64,000 nt of DNA from Dehalococcoidia bacterium (GTDB lineage: Bacteria > Chloroflexota > Dehalococcoidia > GIF9 > UBA5629), in contig JBAZEK010000001.1 of the NCBI GenBank assembly GCA_041653995.1, positions 107,474 through 171,473 of the forward strand, read 5' to 3'. Within the stretch, counting starts at the first letter, position 1, and each line of letters starts with the position of its first letter. The position numbers were made by a program, and so were the translations under genes. The notes beneath the pieces are model-generated. The model was not told where the DNA came from. It searched no databases and saw only the letters and a list, made by a program, of their open reading frames with translations. Positions 19,269 to 31,196 of the stretch are shown here, one piece after another.

Positions 19269-19326
19269 CGATAATTGATCAAAAGGCAAGGCGCTCGGCC
19301 GGAAAATAGCGGTATCAGTAGAAAAG

Positions 19327-19335
19327 TGCTATAGT
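19327..19335 (+). promoter_or_regulatory. extended -10 element (TGCTATAGT) immediately upstream of argJ
   Basis: TG is at 19327-19328 and TATAGT at 19330-19335. The argJ ATG lies only 9 nt downstream, and no Shine-Dalgarno is visible. Confidence 0.35.
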
Positions 19336-19344
19336 CTTAACCCC

Positions 19345-20550
<1,206 letters not shown>

Positions 20551-20562
20551 CCTGTCCCTTGA

Positions 20563-21363
20563 TTGCATATGTTAAGATCGAAAATCATTGTGGTTAAGAT
20601 CGGCGGCAGCACTCTGGGCCAGAACGATACCACGCTGGAAGACCTTGTTACGCTCCAGAAAAAAAAGGTCCCCGTGGTCGTTGTACACGGCGGAGGCAAT
20701 GCTGTTACGGACTGGCTGAGCAGGCTGCATATCTCAACGCGCTTTGTGCAGGGCTTACGCGTGACGGATGAGGACACGCTGAAGGTGGTCACGGCTGTGC
20801 TGGCGGGACTGATCAATAAGGAACTGGTATCCGAGATCAGCCGGAGGGGGGGGAAAGCTGTGGGTATCAGCGGCGCCGACGGCGCCATTGTTACAGGGAA
20901 AAATAAGAACCGCGAGTTGGGATTGACTGCCGAAGAACTGACGGTGAACTCACGGCTGCTGAAAGTGCTGCTCAACAGCGGCTACATGCCGGTGATAGCA
21001 CCCGTCTGTATCAATGCCCAGGCCGGCGACAGAGATGATAACAACCTGCTGAATGTCAACGGCGATACTATCGCCGCCCAGATCGCTGCTGCGCTGGACG
21101 CACGGAAGCTGATCTTTTTGACCGACGTGCCGGGGATATACGATGATTCCAGGCAGGTGATAACTCATATCGATGTAGGCAAGGCCAGGAATATGATCGA
21201 GAGCGGGACCGCCTCCGGCGGGATGGCGGCCAAGCTCGAAGCGGGCGTGATCGCCGCCCGCAAGGTATCGCTTACGCGCATAATAGACGGGCGGGTCGAA
21301 CATGCGCTGATAGACGAAATCGAAGGAAAAGGAAAAGGTACAACAATTGTCAACCAAAAATAA
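20563..21363 (+). CDS. argB: acetylglutamate kinase
   Basis: Motifs are IVVKIGGS and VVVHGGG, in the amino-acid kinase fold. The start is TTG 20563 or ATG 20569. Confidence 0.95.
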   Translation: MHMLRSKIIVVKIGGSTLGQNDTTLEDLVTLQKKKVPVVVVHGGGNAVTDWLSRLHISTRFVQGLRVTDEDTLKVVTAVLAGLINKELVSEISRRGGKAVGISGADGAIVTGKNKNRELGLTAEELTVNSRLLKVLLNSGYMPVIAPVCINAQAGDRDDNNLLNVNGDTIAAQIAAALDARKLIFLTDVPGIYDDSRQVITHIDVGKARNMIESGTASGGMAAKLEAGVIAARKVSLTRIIDGRVEHALIDEIEGKGKGTTIVNQK

Positions 21364-22543
21364 TAACTGGCAGGAACTGGAAAAGAAGGTTTATATGCAG
21401 CTGGCCAAACGCTGGCCCATCACTATTGTACGCGGCAAAGGAATGAAGGTCTGGGATGATAGAGGCAAGGAATACCTTGACTTCGTGGCCGGCATCGCGG
21501 TGACCAGTCTGGGACACTGCCACCCTGTTGTGGTTAATGCGCTGACACGCCAGGCTAAAACGCTGATACAAATGTCCAACATGTATTACACAGTCCCGCA
21601 GCTGCAGCTGGCTGACCTGCTGGTTAAGACAAGCTGCCTCGACCGCGTCTTTATCTGCAATAGCGGAGCGGAGGCGAACGAGGGCGCCATCAAGCTGGCG
21701 CGCCGCTATGGCAAGCTGAAGCTGGACGGCGCCTACGAGATAATAACCACGCACGAGTCGTTCCATGGAAGGACGCTGGCAACTACGGCTGCCACAGGCC
21801 AGAACCAGTTTCAGGAGCCTTATACTCCACTGCCTACAGGTTTTGTCAATGTGGATTACAACGACCTGGAGGCCATCAAAGCAGCCACCAATAAACAGAC
21901 CTGCGCGGTAATGCTCGAGCCGATACAGGGTGAGGGTGGGGTCAACCTTCCGTCCGACGATTACCTGAAGAAAGTAAGGGCCTGGTGCGATGAAAAGGGA
22001 CTGTTGCTCATCCTGGACGAGGTACAGACCGGCATCGCCCGCACCGGCACGCTATACGCATATCAACAGTACGGAGCGGAGCCCGATATCATGACGCTGG
22101 CCAAGGGTCTGGGTGGGGGTGTTCCCATCGGAGCTTTCCTGGCCAAGGAGCGCGCCTGCGTTTTCAAGATCGGCGAACATGGCACTACCTTCGGCGGCAA
22201 TCCCCTCGTGTGCGCAACGGCCTTGGATGTGCTCAGCTACATAATACAGAAGAATCTGGCCGGCCATGTCCAGCGTATGGGTGAATACCTTCGCGCCGGC
22301 CTTAAGTCCCTGGCCGCCGACTATAAGATTATTAAAGAGGTCAGAGGAAAAGGTTTGCTTGTGGCCTTGCAGTTCAATGCAGAAATAGCAGAGCCGATAG
22401 TGCTGGCCTGCCTGGAAAAAGGCCTGATCGTAAATAAAGTGAAAGCCGACACGATACGCTTTATTCCACCGCTCATCGTCACGGAAAAAGAGATCGACAG
22501 GGCGTTGGACGTGCTCGGCAAAGTACTGAAAGAGAGGCAATAG
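21347..22543 (+). CDS. argD: acetylornithine aminotransferase
   Basis: It is a class-III aminotransferase with DEVQTGIARTG and the PLP lysine region TLAKGLGGG. The TTG start overlaps the argB end. Confidence 0.9.
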   Translation: MSTKNNNWQELEKKVYMQLAKRWPITIVRGKGMKVWDDRGKEYLDFVAGIAVTSLGHCHPVVVNALTRQAKTLIQMSNMYYTVPQLQLADLLVKTSCLDRVFICNSGAEANEGAIKLARRYGKLKLDGAYEIITTHESFHGRTLATTAATGQNQFQEPYTPLPTGFVNVDYNDLEAIKAATNKQTCAVMLEPIQGEGGVNLPSDDYLKKVRAWCDEKGLLLILDEVQTGIARTGTLYAYQQYGAEPDIMTLAKGLGGGVPIGAFLAKERACVFKIGEHGTTFGGNPLVCATALDVLSYIIQKNLAGHVQRMGEYLRAGLKSLAADYKIIKEVRGKGLLVALQFNAEIAEPIVLACLEKGLIVNKVKADTIRFIPPLIVTEKEIDRALDVLGKVLKERQ

Positions 22544-22545
22544 AA

Positions 22546-23805
22546 ATGGCGAAAAAAGCAAAGGAAAAGGTTGTCCTGGCCTACAGCGGCGGATTGGACA
22601 CATCTGTGGCCATCAAGTGGCTGGCAGACAACTACAAGATGGACGTTATAACGCTTTGTGTTAATATCGGAGGCGTCAAAGATGTGGAGGGTATCAGGCA
22701 GAAGGCCTTAAAGCTGGGGGCGGTGAAATCATTCGCTGTTGATGCCAGGGACGAGTTTATTGACGATTACGTCTTCAAGGCCGTTAAAGCCGATGCGCTG
22801 TATGAGGGACAATATCCACTGGCCACGGCGCTGGGCCGCCCCCTCATGGCCAAGCTGCTGGTGGACCTGGCGCACATGGAGGGCGCTACCGCTGTCGCGC
22901 ACGGATCGACCGGAAAGGGCAACGACCAGGTTCGCTTTGACGTCAGCGTGCTGGCGCTGGGGCCCGACCTCAGGATCATAGCCCCCGCACGCGAGTGGGG
23001 CATGACCAGGGACGAGACCATTGAATATGCCCAGCTGCACAAGATACCCGTGCCGGTCAAGGTAAACCGTCCATACTCCATCGATGAGAACCCGTGGGGC
23101 CGCAGCATCGAATGCGGTATACTCGAAAACCCCTGGACGGAGCCGCCCGAGGATATATACGAATGGACCAAGTCCCCGGCGGACGCGCCGGACAGGGCCG
23201 AATATGTTGAGATCGGCTTTGAAGAGGGCGTACCCGTCAGCCTTAACGGCAGGAAGATGGATGGGTTGCCCCTGATCGAAAAGCTCAACGTGATGGCCGG
23301 GCGAAACGGCATAGGCAGGATCGACCACATGGAGAGCCGTCTGGTGGGCATTAAGTCCAGGGAAAACTACGAGGCCCCGGCTGCCCTGGTCATTTTAAAA
23401 TCCCACCTCGCGCTTGAAGCTATGACTCTGACCAGACACCAGCTGAGATACAAGGAGCGGGTAGCCCAGGAATACTCGGACCTAATATACAACGGCCTAT
23501 GGTTTTCCAATCACAGGGAAGACCTGGATGCCTACATCGACAGCTCTCAGAGGTATGTATCTGGGACAGTCAGGGTCAAAATGCACAAGGGCAATTGCGT
23601 CATCGTCGGGCGCAAATCGCCTTACTCGCTTTACAGCTTCCAGCTGGCAACCTATGACCGTGGCGATCTGTTCGACCAGAGCGATTCGGCGAGCTTTATC
23701 CGCATCTGGGGCCTACCGCTCAAGATACAGGCGCAGGCACAGGTCATAGGATTAGCTCCGCCCAAGAGCGGCAAGAGGAGCAAGAAAAGTAAGAAGAATA
23801 AATAA
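22546..23805 (+). CDS. argG: argininosuccinate synthase
   Basis: Motifs are VLAYSGGLDTS and GSTGKGNDQVRF. It has an unusual Lys/Ser-rich tail (KSGKRSKKSKKNK). Confidence 0.95.
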   Translation: MAKKAKEKVVLAYSGGLDTSVAIKWLADNYKMDVITLCVNIGGVKDVEGIRQKALKLGAVKSFAVDARDEFIDDYVFKAVKADALYEGQYPLATALGRPLMAKLLVDLAHMEGATAVAHGSTGKGNDQVRFDVSVLALGPDLRIIAPAREWGMTRDETIEYAQLHKIPVPVKVNRPYSIDENPWGRSIECGILENPWTEPPEDIYEWTKSPADAPDRAEYVEIGFEEGVPVSLNGRKMDGLPLIEKLNVMAGRNGIGRIDHMESRLVGIKSRENYEAPAALVILKSHLALEAMTLTRHQLRYKERVAQEYSDLIYNGLWFSNHREDLDAYIDSSQRYVSGTVRVKMHKGNCVIVGRKSPYSLYSFQLATYDRGDLFDQSDSASFIRIWGLPLKIQAQAQVIGLAPPKSGKRSKKSKKNK

Positions 23806-23822
23806 AGTACGGCGGGAGAAGG

Positions 23823-25217
23823 ATGGGAGTTAAAAAAGAGGCAAGGTTACGGGGCAGGTTTAAAGAGGATATTAATGAAGCTGTCCAGCATTATCTGGCT
23901 TCGATTCTTTATGACTGGCGGCTGTACAGGCATGATATCGAAGGCAGCTTGGCGCACGCCGAAATGCTGGCGCGGCAGAAGATCATAGCCAAAAGCGATT
24001 ACACAAAGATACGGGACGGGCTGCATTCCATCCTGAAGGAGATAGAAAGCGGACGTTTCCAATTCAAACTCGAGCTGGAAGATATCCACATGAACATCGA
24101 GAGCCGGCTCTTCGAACTGATCGGCGATACCGCAGGAAAGCTGCATACGGCCAGATCGCGCAACGACCAGGTGGCTCTCGATATGCGGCTTTATGCCCGG
24201 GAGTCAGCCAGGAAAGTGATCGGGGCCCTGCAAAGGTTTAATTCGCAGCTTGTGGATATCGCCGAGAGAAACATCAAGGTGATCATGCCGGGATATACCC
24301 ACCTGCAGCAGGCCCAGCCGGTGCTTTTCTCTCATTACGTCATGGCTTATTTCCAGATGTTCAGCCGTGATATACAGAGATTTGAAAGCTGCCTCAGCCG
24401 CATCAATATTATGCCGCTGGGCAGCGGCGCGCTGGCCGGTCTTCCCTACCCTGTGGACAGGGAGTTCGTTGCGGGCAAGCTGGGATTCGATGATGTCAGC
24501 GCCAACAGCATCGACGCAGTCTCCGACCGCGATTTCATTATAGAGTTCGAGTCTGCCGCCGCCATTGCCATGATGCACCTCTCGAGGATGGCTGAGGAGA
24601 TCATTATCTGGTCCACGGCCGAGTTCGGATTCATTGAAGTCGGCGACTCCTATGCAACCAGCAGCAGCATCATGCCGCAGAAGAAAAATCCGGATGCGGC
24701 TGAGCTTGCCAGAGGGAAAACCGGCCGCGTATACGGACATCTGGTATCAATGCTGACCGTAATGAAGGGCCTGCCGCTGGCCTACAACCGTGACCTGCAG
24801 GAGGATAAAGAGAGTTTTTTCGATACGGTGGACACGCTCATCTCAAGTTTGGATGTTCTGGCAGGTCTGGTTTCTTCCATCAAGATCAACTCTGCCAGGA
24901 TGAAGTATTCCATGCAGAGCTATATCCTGGCCACCGACATGGCGGATTACCTGGTAAACAAGGGCCTGTCGTTCCGCGAGGCGCACGACGTCGTAAGCAG
25001 GGTGGTCTCATATGCCGTTGATAATAACAGGGATTTGAACGAACTGGATATCAGGGAATACAGGGGATTCTCGAAGCTTTTCGAGAAGGATGTGCTGGCC
25101 ATCTCCCTGCATAAATCCGTCGAAGCGAGGTCCTCACAGGGCGGCACGGCCACCGCCGAGGTGAAAAAGAGCATAGAAAGAGCCAGAGACGTCGTCAGGG
25201 GATATGAAAAAGAATAA
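23823..25217 (+). CDS. argH: argininosuccinate lyase
   Basis: It carries the fumarate-lyase signature SSIMPQKKNP and HTARSRNDQV. Confidence 0.95.
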   Translation: MGVKKEARLRGRFKEDINEAVQHYLASILYDWRLYRHDIEGSLAHAEMLARQKIIAKSDYTKIRDGLHSILKEIESGRFQFKLELEDIHMNIESRLFELIGDTAGKLHTARSRNDQVALDMRLYARESARKVIGALQRFNSQLVDIAERNIKVIMPGYTHLQQAQPVLFSHYVMAYFQMFSRDIQRFESCLSRINIMPLGSGALAGLPYPVDREFVAGKLGFDDVSANSIDAVSDRDFIIEFESAAAIAMMHLSRMAEEIIIWSTAEFGFIEVGDSYATSSSIMPQKKNPDAAELARGKTGRVYGHLVSMLTVMKGLPLAYNRDLQEDKESFFDTVDTLISSLDVLAGLVSSIKINSARMKYSMQSYILATDMADYLVNKGLSFREAHDVVSRVVSYAVDNNRDLNELDIREYRGFSKLFEKDVLAISLHKSVEARSSQGGTATAEVKKSIERARDVVRGYEKE

Positions 25218-25872
25218 AGTTAAAATAGCCCTTTCCATCCTTTCTGCGGATTTCGGCCGTCTGGGAGAGCAGGTACGCGAGGCAGCCGCCGCAGGCGTGG
25301 ATTACATACACGTGGACGTCATGGACGGCCATTTCGTACCCAATATATCCATCGGCCTGCCGGTGGTTGAATCGCTGCGCAGAATCACGGATGTTCCGCT
25401 GGATGTCCACCTTATGATTGACAAGCCCGAGTTATTTATTGAGAAGTTCGCCGGGGCGGGCGCCGATATCCTGACGGTGCATGTGGAAGCATGCCCTCAC
25501 CTGGATGGCACACTTAACAGCATCAAGAAGCTGGGGATAAAAGCGGGCATCTCGCTCAATCCGGCCACGCCACTATCCTCGCTGGACGAGGTCTTGCCCC
25601 TGGCCGACTTATTGCTGTTGATGACAGTTAATCCGGGTTTCGGCGGGCAGAAGTTCATCGCGGGAATGGCCGATAAAATAGTCAGGCTGAGGCAAATACT
25701 CTATAATAGAAAATCCAGTGCCGAGCTTGAGGTTGATGGCGGGATAACCACTAAGACGGCCCCTGTCGCTGTAAGCGCTGGTGCGGATGTCCTGGTGGCC
25801 GGTTCCGCCATTCTTAATTCAAGCTTGGGTATAGGCGCAGCGATAAAAGAGCTGAGGAATTCTGTATGTTAG
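25204..25872 (+). CDS. rpe: ribulose-phosphate 3-epimerase
   Basis: Motifs are IALSILSADF, IHVDVMDGHFVPN and MTVNPGFGGQKF. Confidence 0.9.
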   Translation: MKKNKVKIALSILSADFGRLGEQVREAAAAGVDYIHVDVMDGHFVPNISIGLPVVESLRRITDVPLDVHLMIDKPELFIEKFAGAGADILTVHVEACPHLDGTLNSIKKLGIKAGISLNPATPLSSLDEVLPLADLLLLMTVNPGFGGQKFIAGMADKIVRLRQILYNRKSSAELEVDGGITTKTAPVAVSAGADVLVAGSAILNSSLGIGAAIKELRNSVC

Positions 25873-26057
25873 CGGGCGACTTTGTTTCTGGTCCTGATGC
25901 ACCTGGTACACAGGTTGAGCCGGACGGCGGTCCCGTTGATGTTGAATGTAGTGGGCTGGACGTTGGGAAGCCATGTCCGCCTGGTATGCTGTTTAGAGTG
26001 GCTGATCCTGTTGCCGAACCGCAGCGTTTTTCCGCAGATATCACATTTGATAGCCAA
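25869..26057 (-). CDS. rpmB: 50S ribosomal protein L28
   Basis: The track ORF is trimmed to the TTG at 26057, which is preceded by AAGAGG. The product is MAIKCDICGKTLRFGNRISHSKQHTRRTWLPNVQ (62 aa). Confidence 0.9.
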   Translation of the reverse strand: MAIKCDICGKTLRFGNRISHSKQHTRRTWLPNVQPTTFNINGTAVRLNLCTRCIRTRNKVAR

Positions 26058-26142
26058 TTTATAACCTCTTTCCGATACTTTACGAATTCCGAGTAAGAAT
26101 GATATATAATACCACAACGTTCAAAATGTTGAAAGGAGACAG

Positions 26143-27771
26143 ATGAAACAGTCCTGGGACGGCAAAGACCTCAGAGATATGTTTGCGGCCGGCAGCAACT
26201 GGCTGGAGAAGAGCGTCGCCGAGGTCAATGCCATCAACGTCTTTCCGGTCCCCGACGGCGATACGGGCACCAACATGCTGCTTACCCTCAGGTCGGTTAT
26301 CGAAGAAGCGGACAGGGCTACCGATAGTACTGTGGGCGTAATGGCCAAAGCCATGTCGCACGGAGCGCTTCTCGGCGCCAGGGGCAACTCCGGCGTGATC
26401 CTGGCCCAGATCTTTCGAGGCATGGCCAAGGGATTCGACGGGAAAGCTCAATTCAACGGCACGGACTGGGCCGCAGCTCTGGTGCAGGCGGCCAAGACGG
26501 CGCGGGAGGGCCTTTCCAATCCCGTCGAAGGCACTATACTGACGGTTATAGGGGATGCCGCCGGCACAGGCCAGCAGTATGCGGACAAGCACCCTGATGA
26601 CCTGGTGGCCATTATCGATGAGACGGTCAAGGAAGCCCGTGAGTCTGTCGCCAGGACCCCCACGCTGCTGCCCGTGCTGATGGAAGCCGGCGTGGTGGAC
26701 GCCGGCGGCCAGGGATTGTACATATTACTGGATGGCGCCCTGAGATATCTTAAAGGTGAACTGGAGGACCTGCAGTTCCGCAAACCCCAGATGGTCAGCG
26801 CCAACATCACAGCGACCAGGAACGTCAACGTGATCTCTGTGGATGAGGATGAAGCCTACGGATATTGCACCAATTTCCTGCTGGAGGGAACGAACCTGGA
26901 CCCCGAGAAGATCCGGCGTAAGCTCGAGGACAGGGGGCAGTCGCTGGTAGTGGCGGGCGATGAGACCGCCGTGCGCGTGCATATTCACTCGTACGATCCA
27001 GGGGGTATTCTGGCCTACGCCACGACGCTGGGCACCCTTCACCAGATACAGATCCAGAACATGGATGACCAGCACGTCGGATTCAAGGAGATGCAGAAGC
27101 AAAAAGCCATGCCCACGGATATAGCGGTAGTGGCCGTTGCTTTTGGCGCGGGCATGATCAAATTATATGAGAGCCTGGGCGCCGTGGTGGTGAAGGGCGG
27201 GCAGACCATGAATCCCAGCGTTAAGGAGATACTGGCTGCTGTTGAAGCCGTCGAGCCGGATAAGGTCATATTGTTGCCCAATAATAAAAACATCATACTG
27301 ACAGCCTCACAGATTAAAGAGTTGACCAGGAAATCGGTGGAGGTTATTCCGAGCCGCACGATACCCCAGGGCATCACAGCCCTGATGATTTTCAACTACG
27401 AGAGCACGCTGGAAGAGAACATTAAGTCGATGAGCGAGGCCATTAAATCGGTCAAGACAGTCGAGGTTACCACGGCTGCCAGATCGACCCAGATACACGG
27501 GCTTAAGATTAAGCAGGGGCAGGCCATCGGCATAATCGATGACACGGATCTCGTGGCGGCGGGCGATGACGTTCAAGATGTGCTTGTGCGGAGCCTCGAT
27601 AAAGGCGGGATCGGTGCGGTCGAGATGATCACCATATATTACGGTGCTGATTTGCCGGGTGAGCAGGCTGAGGAGGTGGTCAAACAATTAAAGGAGAAGT
27701 ATCCGGGCAAACAGTTCGAGTTGGTCAGCGGAGGACAACCCCACTATTTCTATGTAGTATCTCTGGAATAA
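26143..27771 (+). CDS. DAK2 domain fusion protein (YloV-like)
   Basis: AAAGGAG lies upstream. The motif is VFPVPDGDTGTNM, with a DhaL-like N-terminus plus a C-terminal domain. The rpmB/recG neighbourhood fits. Confidence 0.85.
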   Translation: MKQSWDGKDLRDMFAAGSNWLEKSVAEVNAINVFPVPDGDTGTNMLLTLRSVIEEADRATDSTVGVMAKAMSHGALLGARGNSGVILAQIFRGMAKGFDGKAQFNGTDWAAALVQAAKTAREGLSNPVEGTILTVIGDAAGTGQQYADKHPDDLVAIIDETVKEARESVARTPTLLPVLMEAGVVDAGGQGLYILLDGALRYLKGELEDLQFRKPQMVSANITATRNVNVISVDEDEAYGYCTNFLLEGTNLDPEKIRRKLEDRGQSLVVAGDETAVRVHIHSYDPGGILAYATTLGTLHQIQIQNMDDQHVGFKEMQKQKAMPTDIAVVAVAFGAGMIKLYESLGAVVVKGGQTMNPSVKEILAAVEAVEPDKVILLPNNKNIILTASQIKELTRKSVEVIPSRTIPQGITALMIFNYESTLEENIKSMSEAIKSVKTVEVTTAARSTQIHGLKIKQGQAIGIIDDTDLVAAGDDVQDVLVRSLDKGGIGAVEMITIYYGADLPGEQAEEVVKQLKEKYPGKQFELVSGGQPHYFYVVSLE

Positions 27772-27789
27772 GTCAAGGGAGGCTAAGTC

Positions 27790-28626
27790 ATGATTAAACT
27801 TGTTACCGACAGCACCTGTGATATCCCGGCGGATCTAATCAAAAAGTACGCCATCACTATCGTGCCCATCAACGTTCTTTTCGGAAATGAGACTTACCGG
27901 GACGGCATAGACATCAATGCAGAGCAGTTTTACAAGAAGCTGGTGGAGTCCAAGGTACATCCCACGACTTCGGCGCAGTCACCGGGATACTTTTCCGAGC
28001 TGTTCACCCGGCTATCCAAGGAAACCGATGAGATTCTACTGATACTGTTTTCCAGCAAGATCAGCGCTACTTACGAGAGCGCCATCCAGGCCAAGGCTCT
28101 GGTAGGCGATATCTGTAAAATCGAGATCGTGGATTCACTGCAGACCTGCGGTGGATTGGGCCTGCCCGTTATCAAAGCAGCGGAGATGATTCAGAGCGGC
28201 GCCAAGCTGGCGGATATTGTTGCATCCGTGAATGACATGTGCTCCCGGTCCCATTCTTATATGGTCTTTGATACGCTGGAGTACCTGCGCAAGGGTGGCA
28301 GGATCGGACGCGCACAGGCCTTACTGGGTGGATTGCTCAAGATAACCCCCATCCTGACGCTACGCGAAGGCATTGTGACTCCGGTGCAGCGGACAAGGAG
28401 CAGAACTCAGGCTATCGATGCTCTGGTCAATCTGGTAAAGGGCGCTAACAAAATCGAGGGCCTGATGCTCCAGCATGCCACCACGCCGGACGAGCTGGAG
28501 ATACTGGCCAAGAGGGTCGCCGAGTTTTATCCCAGGGAAAAAACTGTTTTCAGCACGGTTAATTCAGTGATCGGCGCCCATGTCGGACCCCATGTGCTCT
28601 GTGTGAATTTCATCGAGGGCAAATAG
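27790..28626 (+). CDS. DegV family fatty-acid-binding protein
   Basis: Motifs are IKLVTDSTCDIP, TTSAQSPG and LRKGGRIG. Confidence 0.9.
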   Translation: MIKLVTDSTCDIPADLIKKYAITIVPINVLFGNETYRDGIDINAEQFYKKLVESKVHPTTSAQSPGYFSELFTRLSKETDEILLILFSSKISATYESAIQAKALVGDICKIEIVDSLQTCGGLGLPVIKAAEMIQSGAKLADIVASVNDMCSRSHSYMVFDTLEYLRKGGRIGRAQALLGGLLKITPILTLREGIVTPVQRTRSRTQAIDALVNLVKGANKIEGLMLQHATTPDELEILAKRVAEFYPREKTVFSTVNSVIGAHVGPHVLCVNFIEGK

Positions 28627-28644
28627 CCCCTGTGAATACAGTGT

Positions 28645-31128
28645 GTGAAAGCGGCGTCCATGACACAGCCTGTTGTTGAAAACGCTGCCACTTTCAGGAC
28701 TGTATTGAATCTGGAAGCCAGAGGCGGTTATAACAACCGCGCTGTAATCGGCGGCCTCGACAAATACGTGGCCAGGTGGATTTCGCAAATCCCATCCGGC
28801 CACGATTATTTTCTGGCTCATCCGCAATTAAAGACGCTGCTGCTCGGCAAGCCTTCCTACGCTGAGAAGAATGTCGATGAGAGGCGGAAATGGGTGGAAC
28901 AGGTATTGAGGGAACTGGACAGCACAGAGAGTTCTCGTAAGGTTGGAGTGCAGACGAGCAAAGCGTCCTTGCAGAGAGCGAAGGCGGCGTCCGGTAAGAC
29001 GGTATCCACTGCGGTGGCAACCGAATCTCTGGATTTGCAGGCATCCAGGATAAAAGGCATAGGCGATGCAGTTGCGGCACGATTGGCCAGACTGGGCGTG
29101 GCCAGTATAAGGGATCTTCTTTATTTCTTCCCGAGGCGTTTCATGGACTTCAGCCGGCGCTGCACCGTATCCACGCTCGAAACAGGCAAAGAGCAGACGA
29201 TTTTCGTCGATGTGTGGGAAGCGCGTCAGGTCATGCTGGGCCGCATGAAGAGCAGCGAGGCCGTGCTGGGTGATGAGACCGGCAATGTGCGGGCTGTGTG
29301 GTTTAATCAGCCCTGGGTGGCAAAACAGCTCAAAGTAAATACTAAAATAGCCGTCAGCGGTAGAGTGGGAGAATTCAATTACGGTAAGGTTTTTGAAAAT
29401 CCCGAGTGGGAGATTGTTGACGATCGTGAGCTCCTGCACACCGGTCGCATGGTCCCCGTCTATCCCCTGACCGGCGGCCTCTTTCCCAGGCAGGTGCGGG
29501 CTGTAGTGAGAAAGGCGCTGGATGTATATCTGACGGCTCTACCCGAGTTTCTGCCGTTACCCGTCCGGCAGCGCTGCGGGCTGATGGACCTGCGGGACGC
29601 GATAATGCAGGCGCATTATCCCTCTGACTATGCAGCGCAGAACAGGTCGCGGCAGCGGCTGGCTTTCGATGAGCTTTTCCTGCTGCAGATCGGTGTGCTC
29701 AATAAGAAGCGCGACTGGCAGGAGGATCAGCCGGGCCGGGGATTCCATATAAAGAGGGAAGATATTCAAGGATTCATCGGGACGCTGCCCTTCAAACTGA
29801 CTGCGGCCCAGGTCAGGGTCATAGAAGAAATATGCCGGGACCTCGAGCAAGACGTACCGATGTCGCGCTTGCTGCAGGGCGATGTGGGCAGCGGCAAGAC
29901 GGTGGTGGCAACCATAGCACTGCTGGCTGCGGTTACCAACGGATGCCAGGGCGCGCTGATGGCGCCCACCGAGATACTGGCTGAGCAGCATTTCTCGACA
30001 TTACAGAAGCTGCTGTCAGCCATTTCAGAGGAAAGCAATGCGGAATCGAATATCTGTATCTTCAAGGGAATCATGGGTCGCGAAATCAGGATCGCTCTTT
30101 TAACGGGCAGCCTGTCTGCCGCAGATAAAGCCAGGACGCATGAACTGGTAAAGCGGGGATCGGTGGACATCGTGGTGGGTACTCATGCGCTGGTACAGAG
30201 GGGGGTAAAATTTGCGTCCCTGGGGCTGGCCGTAATAGATGAACAACACCGCTTCGGCGTACTGCAGCGCTCAGCTTTGAAACAGAAAGGTTACAATCCA
30301 CATCTTCTGGTTATGACGGCCACTCCCATACCGAGGACACTGGCGCTAACGCTCTTCGGCGATCTGGACATCTCGACGATAGACGAGATGCCGGCCGGCC
30401 GGCTGATAATAAAAACGCGCTGGCTGAAGCCTGAGGACCGCCAGCGCGCATATAATTTTATAAAAAAGCAGGCCGCCGAGGGGCGACAGTCCTTCATTAT
30501 TTGCCCCCTGATCGAGGAGTCCGAGAGCCTTGACGCTAAGGCGGCGGTAGCGGAATACAAGCACCTGTCGAGCGATGTTTTCCCCGATCTAAAATTGGGG
30601 CTGCTCCACGGCAGGATGAAGAATGCCGATAAAGAATCCGTCATGCGCGATTTCAAGGACGGCAGCCTGGATATACTGGTATCCACCTCGGTGGTGGAGG
30701 TTGGCATAGACGTGCCCAATGCCACCGTGATGCTGGTTGAGGCGGCGGACCGTTTCGGTCTCTCTCAGCTGCACCAGTTTCGGGGCAGGGTTGGAAGGGG
30801 TGAGGTCCAGAGCTATTGCATCCTGCTGTCGGAGAACCCCTCGGAATACGGACAGGAAAGGCTGAAGGCCATCGAGGAACTGACAGACGGCTTCGCCCTG
30901 GCCGAAAAGGACCTGGAGTTGCGCGGGCCCGGCGAGTTTTTCGGTACCCGGCAGAGCGGACTGCCCGATCTTAAGATGGCAAAGTTATCGGATACACGCT
31001 TGTTGGAGATGGCGCGCAGGGAGGCCCGCATGATATTTGAAAAAGACCCCGGACTTTCCGCCGCCGAAAATGGGCTGTTAGCTTTGGAGTATCATAGAAT
31101 CTGGCATAAAAGCATAGAAAACAATTAA
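28645..31128 (+). CDS. recG: ATP-dependent DNA helicase RecG (with an N-terminal extension of about 140 aa)
   Basis: Motifs are RLLQGDVGSGKT, DEQHRFG, MTATPIPRT and QLHQFRGRVGRG. The start is uncertain (GTG 28645 or ATG 28660). Confidence 0.95.
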   Translation: MKAASMTQPVVENAATFRTVLNLEARGGYNNRAVIGGLDKYVARWISQIPSGHDYFLAHPQLKTLLLGKPSYAEKNVDERRKWVEQVLRELDSTESSRKVGVQTSKASLQRAKAASGKTVSTAVATESLDLQASRIKGIGDAVAARLARLGVASIRDLLYFFPRRFMDFSRRCTVSTLETGKEQTIFVDVWEARQVMLGRMKSSEAVLGDETGNVRAVWFNQPWVAKQLKVNTKIAVSGRVGEFNYGKVFENPEWEIVDDRELLHTGRMVPVYPLTGGLFPRQVRAVVRKALDVYLTALPEFLPLPVRQRCGLMDLRDAIMQAHYPSDYAAQNRSRQRLAFDELFLLQIGVLNKKRDWQEDQPGRGFHIKREDIQGFIGTLPFKLTAAQVRVIEEICRDLEQDVPMSRLLQGDVGSGKTVVATIALLAAVTNGCQGALMAPTEILAEQHFSTLQKLLSAISEESNAESNICIFKGIMGREIRIALLTGSLSAADKARTHELVKRGSVDIVVGTHALVQRGVKFASLGLAVIDEQHRFGVLQRSALKQKGYNPHLLVMTATPIPRTLALTLFGDLDISTIDEMPAGRLIIKTRWLKPEDRQRAYNFIKKQAAEGRQSFIICPLIEESESLDAKAAVAEYKHLSSDVFPDLKLGLLHGRMKNADKESVMRDFKDGSLDILVSTSVVEVGIDVPNATVMLVEAADRFGLSQLHQFRGRVGRGEVQSYCILLSENPSEYGQERLKAIEELTDGFALAEKDLELRGPGEFFGTRQSGLPDLKMAKLSDTRLLEMARREARMIFEKDPGLSAAENGLLALEYHRIWHKSIENN

Positions 31129-31144
31129 AATATTACTTTCTCGG

Positions 31145-31164
31145 CGGGAACCCGTGTGTTCCCG
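31145..31164 (+). terminator. possible weak terminator hairpin after recG
   Basis: The stem CGGGAAC / GTTCCCG encloses a 6-nt loop. It is followed by GGCAAATTTTAC, a poor T tract. Confidence 0.3.
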
Positions 31165-31196
31165 GGCAAATTTTACTGATTTATTCGGGGGATTAC

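Noticed and set aside
25869-25872. Convergent rpe and rpmB share overlapping stop codons (TTAG read on both strands).
   Set aside because: This is a real feature of the sequence but simply a consequence of tight packing. No regulatory implication can be supported.
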